64,000 nucleotides of DNA from Candidatus Woesearchaeota archaeon (lineage in GTDB: Archaea; Nanobdellota; Nanobdellia; Woesearchaeales; JAZDKJ01), in contig JAZDKJ010000005.1 in the NCBI GenBank assembly GCA_043803105.1, positions 64,001 through 128,000 on the forward strand, in the 5' to 3' direction. Each line of letters opens with the position of its first letter. Positions within the stretch are counted from its first letter, which is position 1. Made by a program: the position numbers and the translations under genes. Positions 56,943 through 64,000 of this stretch are shown here, in pieces. Under the pieces are notes generated by a model. That model made no database searches. It worked only from the letters and a program-made list of their open reading frames with translations, and was not told the DNA's origin.

Positions 56943-58661
56943 TTAAGGTCCTCTAAACTGTCTCAAGAGCCAGGCGAACAAGTTGTTCAACCATGAAGGC
57001 TTAGTAACAGTATGACCTAACGCTTGACCAGTAATCTGGTTGTTGTCAGTTGAAGCAGTTCCATTAGTACCCTGACCAGTCCCCCCAGTTTCTTGTCTAA
57101 TGTTGGCCAATTCTGCTGTCTGTAGCTCTGTTGGCACAGTCCTATCTTGGCCTACCGCATTTGTTTCAGTATGTTTACATGGTTGCTTTTGTTTTGATAT
57201 GACCTTGCTATTTGGGTAGGTGCATGTCTTTATTTGTATTCCTTCTGAATTGCATGCTGACCATTCTGAACACTGCCCATTAGCTCCCAAACTTCCGCTA
57301 CCTCCTGAACTTCCTCCTCCTCCTGAGGATCTCTTTTTCGCAGCCGGATTTGTCGGAATTGTTGGTGCCTGGAATTCGTTTACTGTTATTGTTATAGCTT
57401 CGCTTGCCGATTTTATACTGTCGTTAACTGTGAAGGTCACGTTAGTTACTCCCACATCAGTCACGTTTGGCATCCAGTTGAAGGTAGCAGTCCCGTCATA
57501 ATTGTTGGTAAAGTTTGCTGTTGCAGGTTTGCCGGCAATTACAAATGTTAAATTAAACCCGTCTGGACTTGTGGCTGTTATTGTGAAGTTAAGCAATGTA
57601 TCCTGCGTAACGCTCATTGAACCGATATGATTGAGTATCGGAGCAGCTGTCTGTACAATAACTACGCTTGTTGCGCTTACAGTTCCGCTCGTCGCACTAA
57701 TTGTAGCGCCGCCAGAAGCAACAGCAGTAACAAGACCGCTTGTAGCATTAACTGTAGCAACAGACAAATTGCTTGAAGCATAGGAGATGGTCGCACCTAT
57801 CAACGAACCATACTGATCAAGACTTGTAGCATTCAACTGCAAAGTAGATCCGACAGTAAGATTTGCTGATGTTGGTGCTAATATGATTGTTGTCAAAACA
57901 GGGACAATAGATGGTAATGAGACAGTATTGGCACTTAATGTAACAGCTGTTTGCGCCAATGCCCTTCCGTTTAATGTTGCGCCAGTATTCAACACAATCG
58001 CTGTTTGATCCAGAATGTTTCCATTGAAAACAGATGTTGTTCCAAGGGTTGTTTTGTCAGCGACTTGCCAGAAGATGTTGTATGCCTGGCAGCTACCGCT
58101 GAGAGTAACAATTGCACCACTGCCCACGGTGAGGGTTCCTGGTATCTGAAAGATGAAGACACCTGCGGAGTTGCCAAGGCAATCGAGAGTGACACCAGTG
58201 TTTATTACAACCCCAGTCCCCCATTTATAGAGCCCAGGAGTGAGAGTCATCCCACTAATATCTCCCGCACCTAGTTCAGTAACATCAGGTAATGAGCGTC
58301 CTGCCGCATCAGTGTACGCTGTTTCCATGTCGCTTATAGCTGTAGCCATAACCAATGGGGTTGGATCTGCATAGTCGGCTGCATAAACGCTTCCGTTAAC
58401 TAAAGATGATGTGGAAAATTGGTTCGATGCATCAAGTATCAGTCCAAATCCTGTGATCGCAGTGCTGTCGATAGGACTCACCCCAATATTTCCAACAATA
58501 GAGGTTGTGCCAGTGGTTGAGATTCCTGATTTTGCCAATATTACAAAATTCCCGGCTGTTCCGAGATCTACAGCTGGTTGTGCTGCATATACTGAACATA
58601 CTACAGATACAAAAACCATAAGATATACAAAGACGTTTGATAATATTTTTGTTTGTTTCAT
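56943..58661 (-). CDS. Secreted DUF3494 (ice-binding-type) protein with Ig-like domains
   Basis: VDLGTAGNFVILAKSGIS; AYTDAAGR; LTPGLYKW; NIFWQVA; NGRALAQTAVTL; Big_2-like YASSNLSVATV. Confidence 0.92.
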   Translation of the reverse strand: MKQTKILSNVFVYLMVFVSVVCSVYAAQPAVDLGTAGNFVILAKSGISTTGTTSIVGNIGVSPIDSTAITGFGLILDASNQFSTSSLVNGSVYAADYADPTPLVMATAISDMETAYTDAAGRSLPDVTELGAGDISGMTLTPGLYKWGTGVVINTGVTLDCLGNSAGVFIFQIPGTLTVGSGAIVTLSGSCQAYNIFWQVADKTTLGTTSVFNGNILDQTAIVLNTGATLNGRALAQTAVTLSANTVSLPSIVPVLTTIILAPTSANLTVGSTLQLNATSLDQYGSLIGATISYASSNLSVATVNATSGLVTAVASGGATISATSGTVSATSVVIVQTAAPILNHIGSMSVTQDTLLNFTITATSPDGFNLTFVIAGKPATANFTNNYDGTATFNWMPNVTDVGVTNVTFTVNDSIKSASEAITITVNEFQAPTIPTNPAAKKRSSGGGGSSGGSGSLGANGQCSEWSACNSEGIQIKTCTYPNSKVISKQKQPCKHTETNAVGQDRTVPTELQTAELANIRQETGGTGQGTNGTASTDNNQITGQALGHTVTKPSWLNNLFAWLLRQFRGP

Positions 58662-58919
58662 TTTTTAATTCCTCCCTAAATAATAAAATACCGTAATGGT
58701 AGCAATTTTTTCTGCCTGAAGTTCACATATAGTCCTTAACCCATTGATACAGTTTTATTCTGACTATTTTTTACTTCTTAGCAATAGTAATTACTTTTAT
58801 TACTATAAACATAAGTTATATACTATATATTCAATATATATGCTATAATTACGTCTATAATATAGGTACTGAAAATAAGTAGTTAGTTTTATATATAACA
58901 CTAAGTTATTATATATACT

Positions 58920-59912
58920 ATGGAAGATATTAGGGATGAAAGAAAATTAATTAAGTTTGGGAAATCAGCTTTTTGTATAACTGTGCCACATACGTGGCTG
59001 AAAAAAAACAGGATAAAGAAAGGCGATTCATTGTCTGTTCAGGAAACCCTAAGAAATTCTTTGGAGATAATGCCAAGGTATAGCTCTTCAAAGGATGCAG
59101 AGGAATTATTAATAGACATATCTGGAAAGTCGACTGATGAAATAATACAATTGCTGCTCTCCACATACCTAAATGGATATACACTTATCACCTTGCGCGG
59201 ACCAAATGCAGGAAAAATGGAATTCGTCAGAAAGCATGTACACGAATTTATTGCAGCTGAGATTATGGAAGTTACCTCAGACAGGATAGTAATCCAGGTT
59301 TTTTGGGACATAAAGACCATAAACCTAAATTCAATAATCATAAGGATAGGACATATCACAAAGAGCATTTTTTCAGAAACAATAGAGTTGGTTGATTCAG
59401 AAACAAATGTAACAGATATAGTGGAAAAAGGATTTGAGGTCCAGCGGCAAGTCTTGCTTGCAAGAAGGGCCATCCAAAGTGCCCTCAATAATTCGGTTAC
59501 AGCACACAAATTTAATCTTTCATCATTAGAGCTGCTCTATATCTCTTACATAATCTATTTTTTCGGAATGACTGGTGATTATATTGTTAAGGTAGCAAAA
59601 ATTATAGATAAGGCAAAACTCAATAAATCCAAGGATCTTTTGAAGGATCAGAATTCCAAAAAAGAGTTAAAGGCGTTAATTCAACGGACCTCAGATTATT
59701 ACGGAAAAGTCATCGATACTTACAATCAGCATAACAAACTTGTAAAGTTTGTATTTAGCGAATATGCTGATTTTGAAGACTCCATAGATGAGTTTAGAAG
59801 AAAGAACCTCCAAGTATGGGCACCGCTTTTGGCGGAATATCTAAAGATGATTGTATTCAAGATTAAGGAAACAGAATTCACGATGATCAGCATGGAGAAT
59901 GCACCAAAATAA
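58920..59912 (+). CDS. AbrB-PhoU-like regulator
   Basis: RKLIKFGKSAFCITVPHTW…IKKGD; YLNGY; helical C-terminus. Confidence 0.75.
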   Translation: MEDIRDERKLIKFGKSAFCITVPHTWLKKNRIKKGDSLSVQETLRNSLEIMPRYSSSKDAEELLIDISGKSTDEIIQLLLSTYLNGYTLITLRGPNAGKMEFVRKHVHEFIAAEIMEVTSDRIVIQVFWDIKTINLNSIIIRIGHITKSIFSETIELVDSETNVTDIVEKGFEVQRQVLLARRAIQSALNNSVTAHKFNLSSLELLYISYIIYFFGMTGDYIVKVAKIIDKAKLNKSKDLLKDQNSKKELKALIQRTSDYYGKVIDTYNQHNKLVKFVFSEYADFEDSIDEFRRKNLQVWAPLLAEYLKMIVFKIKETEFTMISMENAPK

Positions 59913-59947
59913 TTTATCCTTTTTCCTCTGGTTTTATAGATGGGAAG

Positions 59948-60028
59948 AAACTCGACTCATCGAGACTTTCCCTGGCAGCGAACAGACAAGGCTGAAACAT
60001 TCCAAAAGGAGGCAAGCACCTTAGTTTA
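59948..60028 (+). repeat. metK 3'-end copy A6 (degenerate)
   Basis: AAACTCGACTC then HRDFPWQRTDKAETFQKEA. Confidence 0.85.
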
Positions 60029-60532
60029 GTGTTCTCTCAGCTTATCAATTATCTTCAGGATCCTAGTCTTGTTAACAAAGAACCAGACCAGGCCAAAAGC
60101 GAAAATCATGAAAGACTCTGTGTTAAACTTTATGAAAGTCAAGAGCCAGGGAACGTTGAAACCATTCTGGAGAAGCAAGATTGTAGTGCCGTACAATAAA
60201 ACGTAGTAGCTGGTCATTATGGCCAGAATTGCAGCTAGTTTTTCGAATAGTCGCCTCCAGGAGTTTAGATAAAGAGGGATGGTTAAGGCTATGATCGTGA
60301 GAAACTCATAGAAAGTCTGGTAAAGCTCCAGAGCTCCAGTACTTGTGGCCAGGATGCAAGCGTCTTTGGATAAAATAACATTTATCCTTAAGCCATTACC
60401 TAATATAAACACGAAAAAGCTCGTCAGATAGCCTATGAAAGACCTTAAAGGGCTTACTGGCTGCAAAAAGACAAGGATGAACAGCACCAGATTGATTGCG
60501 GCAGCGGTCAGGAAGAACTTGAGCGGCTTCAT
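60026..60532 (-). CDS. Membrane protein, probably exosortase-associated
   Basis: Multi-TM; ATGA-coupled to the exosortase gene. Confidence 0.55.
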   Translation of the reverse strand: MKPLKFFLTAAAINLVLFILVFLQPVSPLRSFIGYLTSFFVFILGNGLRINVILSKDACILATSTGALELYQTFYEFLTIIALTIPLYLNSWRRLFEKLAAILAIMTSYYVLLYGTTILLLQNGFNVPWLLTFIKFNTESFMIFAFGLVWFFVNKTRILKIIDKLREH

Positions 60533-61029
60533 TTTGAACTCTTCTTGATGTAGAATAATACAGCGATCAATGTGAAGACAAAAAAAGTGGAGGGCCAAAG
60601 GAAGTCATGGACAAGATAGAAGACTTTTGTGCCGAAAAATGTCGAGACAAGTATGGTGAAAAGCCTCAGGATATTAAGGCCTATCAGCATAAACAAGCCA
60701 AAAACTCCGTATTTGAGGGTTTTTCTTGAGATGCCATACGATACCATAAAGGCAACGAAAAGCGAGTACATCGCCACTCCAGTGCATTCCTTTACGACGA
60801 TCATAGAGATTGAGTTAACTACAAGCTCATTATTCACTATGGTCACTGTTCCCTTTCCTATTATGAAAAGGAAGCACCTTATCACAAAAACAAAGAAGTT
60901 TATGAAAAAGTCAGATATTGGCCCCAGATTGAAGAACCAGCTCAATAAAAGAAAAACGCCAAGGAATTTTAAAATAAAAAATATTGATTTCTTTGCAAGT
61001 TCCTTATCTGCTGTATCTCTTGAAGCCAT
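60529..61029 (-). CDS. Exosortase/archaeosortase family protein
   Basis: Catalytic pattern ECTG (Cys), NILR (Arg), VHD (His) in a multi-TM protein. Confidence 0.85.
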   Translation of the reverse strand: MASRDTADKELAKKSIFFILKFLGVFLLLSWFFNLGPISDFFINFFVFVIRCFLFIIGKGTVTIVNNELVVNSISMIVVKECTGVAMYSLFVAFMVSYGISRKTLKYGVFGLFMLIGLNILRLFTILVSTFFGTKVFYLVHDFLWPSTFFVFTLIAVLFYIKKSSK

Positions 61030-62440
61030 AGAGTCCCAATATCAGAGTGAATGCTATAAGCAATATAAATAGCTTGTCACCCATGACAGGGATTGGTTTT
61101 GGGCTTGGTATGTCATTGTTGGTTATGGTACAAGTCTTTACATCCCCAGCATGCAACACTACTCTTCCATTGATTGAGCAGGCTCCGCCAAAACTTACAC
61201 TATACATTGGGTCTAACACTTCGGACACAATGTATGTACCTGCAATGAATGTGTTCTGTACACCACTAACTACTATTACACTGCCGACCTTTAATGTGAA
61301 GTTACTTACATTCTTTGTTCCACCATTATCATTAATGACAATCTTGTTCACAGTGAGTTTAGGGGAGTTTGCCGGCGGCGATGGAACATCATTATTTGTG
61401 ATTGTGCAAGTCTTGTTCTGTCCCATCGTGAGCGTCACCATACCGCTTGGAGAACAGTCACCAGTAATCGTGCCGTTGTATCCTGAGACTCCAATTTCAG
61501 ACACAACATACGAGCCTGGTGCAACCACATTCGCAATACCGCTCAGAACCGAGCTACCGTTAATTAACAGTGTGAAGTTACTAACATGTGCGGTGCCACC
61601 ATTATCATTAATGACAATCTTTTTCACAGTGAGGCTTGTTATGTTTGTTCCATTTATATTCGCCCCGCAGACATTAGAAATTTGATTGGCATCCAATGTA
61701 ATAGCTCCAGTTTGTGCCAGGGCTCGACCGTTCAAGCTTGCGCCTGTACCCAAACTGATGCTTGTGAGCGCCATAATGTTTCCTATGAAGGCAGTGCCTG
61801 AACCAATAGTCGCGGAGCTCGCGACTTTCCACCACACGTTGCATAGTGAGCCAATTCCATTGAGAAATTGAACTTTCGCGCCTACGCCTGGCGTTGTAGT
61901 GAGAGCGGCAGCAGCAGCAGTCGTCCGGAAAATCCAGACCCCAGCTGCGTTACCTGTGTCGTCAAGAGTGAGTGTTCCGGATAACCCAAATGCATTAGCA
62001 CAATAGACACCTGGAACAAGAGTTAATCCAACTAGGTCCTTGGTTACAGCTCCGTAGTTAACATCACACGCTACATTCGGTACAGCGCTAAGAGCAGCAA
62101 ATGCAGCAGTGCTAGCAGCCTGAGCATTAGTCAGTAAGCCAGGGTTTGTTACTCTGCACGGAAGAGGACCAGCAGCATCGACTGAGTATATTGTCCCAGT
62201 CACTTCTACGCACGTTAATCCAATACCAGCACCAGTGGCTGGACTCAACCCAACATTCCCAGTTATAGCAGACGTAGGAACATTAGTGATTCCTGGGGTT
62301 GCGGCTAGAACTGCGAAGGTGCTAGCTGCACCCAATGATGGCGAGGTCGCTGCTGAGACTTCGTTGACCGCCATTGTAAATACAGTAAAAACTGTCAAAA
62401 AAAGTATTAGATTTGTCGTAGATATATTTTTTTTGTTCAT
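61004..62440 (-). CDS. DUF3494 protein with two VINDNGGT repeats and a C-terminal sorting signal
   Basis: LGAASTFAVLA; LVPGVY; NVWWKVASSAT; GRALAQ; C-terminal PIPVMG, TM helix, KRYSR. Confidence 0.9.
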   Translation of the reverse strand: MNKKNISTTNLILFLTVFTVFTMAVNEVSAATSPSLGAASTFAVLAATPGITNVPTSAITGNVGLSPATGAGIGLTCVEVTGTIYSVDAAGPLPCRVTNPGLLTNAQAASTAAFAALSAVPNVACDVNYGAVTKDLVGLTLVPGVYCANAFGLSGTLTLDDTGNAAGVWIFRTTAAAAALTTTPGVGAKVQFLNGIGSLCNVWWKVASSATIGSGTAFIGNIMALTSISLGTGASLNGRALAQTGAITLDANQISNVCGANINGTNITSLTVKKIVINDNGGTAHVSNFTLLINGSSVLSGIANVVAPGSYVVSEIGVSGYNGTITGDCSPSGMVTLTMGQNKTCTITNNDVPSPPANSPKLTVNKIVINDNGGTKNVSNFTLKVGSVIVVSGVQNTFIAGTYIVSEVLDPMYSVSFGGACSINGRVVLHAGDVKTCTITNNDIPSPKPIPVMGDKLFILLIAFTLILGLYGFKRYSR

Positions 62441-62710
62441 CCAGTTCCCCCCGAGTAATTTTGCAAAAGTAACGAGATGGAGCAGGCTAAAGGGCTGCAG
62501 CCATATCTCTTTATCACAAACCCTTTTTTTGTTATGCAACTACTGTAGAGTGGTCCGTTTATATATAAACATTCTTATGGTCGAAAGATTATAACTGAAT
62601 GGTTATTAGAGAATATGGAAATTTTTGGGGAGTTTTGTCACTTCATGCGGTGACGATTATGAACAAAAAACCGAAAATAACATATAGTCTGACCGATTAT
62701 ATAGACTGGG

Positions 62711-63280
62711 GTGGTTACTATGTACGAGATGGATCCTAACTTTCCAAAGCTCACTGAAAATGACAAAGTGGTTCTCAAAAAAATACTTGATTCCAAAAGG
62801 ATCCCGGATAGTGACATTGCCAAAACCATGAACCTTTCTCCGCAGGCGATATTTAAGATAAGAAACAAATTAGAGAACTACGGCATTATCAAGGGATATA
62901 TGCCAATTGTTGATTTCAAGAAGATAGGAATTAATGTCATGGCTATACTAGTTATCCGCCTTACTTCTAAAGTCTGGAGAAAGTTTTCGGACGATCAAAT
63001 CTCCGATAGAATTTCTAAAGCCCATAATATCATTGATGCCTATAGGGTTGCTGATGAGCAAGCTTCTCACGTCCTGATACTTGGTTTTAGAGACACTTAT
63101 CAGAAGGAGCAGTATATTGCACAGATACAGACTAAGTTTGCAGAGGAAGTCCAGATAAAGGCAATATATACTTTTTCCGTGGACAAAATTATTTCACAAA
63201 ATCCATTGGGGCTCCTGCACGAAATAGTCAATAAGAAAGAATTTTCCCCTGATGACTTGTTCTTAGAACAGCCTTCTTAA
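62711..63280 (+). CDS. Lrp/AsnC family regulator
   Basis: IPDSDIAK…KLENYGIIKGY..VDFKKIG. Confidence 0.85.
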   Translation: MVTMYEMDPNFPKLTENDKVVLKKILDSKRIPDSDIAKTMNLSPQAIFKIRNKLENYGIIKGYMPIVDFKKIGINVMAILVIRLTSKVWRKFSDDQISDRISKAHNIIDAYRVADEQASHVLILGFRDTYQKEQYIAQIQTKFAEEVQIKAIYTFSVDKIISQNPLGLLHEIVNKKEFSPDDLFLEQPS

Positions 63281-63520
63281 ATATGATGATATTTCGTTGA
63301 GAGTGCATAACTTTTTCTTCTGTTTATTGAAAAAATTATAATCATCAACTTATTTCTATTAATCTGTTAAAACTCCCTACCATAAGCATTAGAACTTCCA
63401 CGATGTTACTAATTAGAGGGTTGCGAAGGCAAAAGCACTTACGAATGCTGAAAGTGATTGCAAGTTTTGGTTAAATGCAAGATAAATCAATGATAAAGGA
63501 TAAATAAAGGAGGGAACGAA

Positions 63521-63640
63521 ATGGCAAAATCAAGCAGAGGCGGAAGAATGACTGCAGCAAAAAGAAGAGCTGCAAAGAGTTCAGGCGGCAAAGGAAAGGT
63601 TAAAAACAGACCTGCCGGAAAAAAAATAATGAAGACTTAG
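63521..63640 (+). CDS. Small basic protein (39 aa, absent from ORF track)
   Basis: MAKSSRGGRMTAAKRRAAKSSGGKGKVKNRPAGKKIMKT; strong RBS AAGGAGG upstream. Confidence 0.6.
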   Translation: MAKSSRGGRMTAAKRRAAKSSGGKGKVKNRPAGKKIMKT

Positions 63641-63739
63641 AGCTCTCAACAAAAGGTCTCAACAAGGAAGATTTATTGCTTCAAGGTTGAGCCTATGTTT
63701 TTTCCATTATTAAGGATGTTGATGATTAAACAGTCAATC

Positions 63740-63904
63740 ATGGAGAAGGCAATGAAAATGGTAAAGGAAAATAAATCAACAGGGGCTTTGAACATAATCT
63801 TATGCAGGCATTGTCATAAAGAAATAACAAGTCCCGGATTAGTCGGCATGTCACTGGTATGTCCTTATTGTAAAATACCAGTAAATGGTCAATACCATCC
63901 GTGA
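63740..63904 (+). CDS. Small zinc-finger protein
   Basis: CRHC…CPYC; start codon uncertain. Confidence 0.5.
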   Translation: MEKAMKMVKENKSTGALNIILCRHCHKEITSPGLVGMSLVCPYCKIPVNGQYHP

Positions 63905-64000
63905 GTGTCCATATTTACCTTTTTTTAGAGAATATTGACATTATCTGCAGTAGGTGCAGGCACTTAGACAATAGCATGATAAAGGATAAATAATGATGAG

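Larger units (their letters stand above)
43819..60028 (+). mobile_element. metK-anchored cassette array / additive genomic island
   Basis: Six metK 3'-end copies plus related sites delimit cargo modules; TA systems and pseudogenes; no integrase seen. Confidence 0.8.

Noticed and set aside
47617-60028. Recurring ~33-75 nt repeats as a CRISPR array
   Set aside because: Spacing is irregular (tens of bp to kb), the intervals contain genes, the repeats are degenerate and metK-derived, and no cas genes are present.
63369-63385. AAACTCCCTACCAT as another array site
   Set aside because: Only the AAACTC hexamer matches; it lacks the CCNGA core and both right arms.
43884-64000. An integrase or transposase belonging to the array
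   Set aside because: No ORF in this region shows tyrosine/serine recombinase or DDE/HUH motifs, so the mobilising enzyme remains unidentified.
1-64000. tRNA, rRNA or riboswitch genes
   Set aside because: No cloverleaf, rRNA-like or recognisable riboswitch sequence found by eye; tRNAscan-SE or Infernal would be needed to exclude them.

Overview
Archaeal chromosome segment, most likely DPANN/Woesearchaeota-like (inferred from the archaeal r-proteins S4e/L32e/L19e/S24e/S27ae, RpoE1/Spt4, LonB, Dph2, bacterial-type MetK/UvrABC and an A-rich coding strand). Bases 1-43.9 kb are mostly core genome: the S10/spc r-protein operon through secY, an envelope-stress cluster, uvrA-[TopIB-like]-uvrC-uvrB, a Ski2-like helicase, an S8 protease, lonB, rpoE1-spt4-rps24e-rps27ae, rpl1-rpl10-rpl12 and metK. 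From the metK stop codon (43883) onward is an accessory region built as an array. Six diverged copies of the last ~21 codons of metK occur here, each fused to a non-metK left arm (AAACTCNRCNCWTCCNGA). Five further full sites and one partial site carry the same left arm with a different right arm (YNWATGCCMCRAAAG). These sites separate small cargo modules: an organoarsenic operon, toxin-antitoxin pairs, two DUF3494 ice-binding-type proteins, an exosortase system and pseudogenes. This looks like an integron-like or tandem-accretion cassette array anchored in the 3' end of metK, with no integrase inside it. A topoisomerase IB-like protein with a tyrosine-recombinase-type HxxR motif lies elsewhere in the window. 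All product calls come from motif recognition by eye, not database searches.
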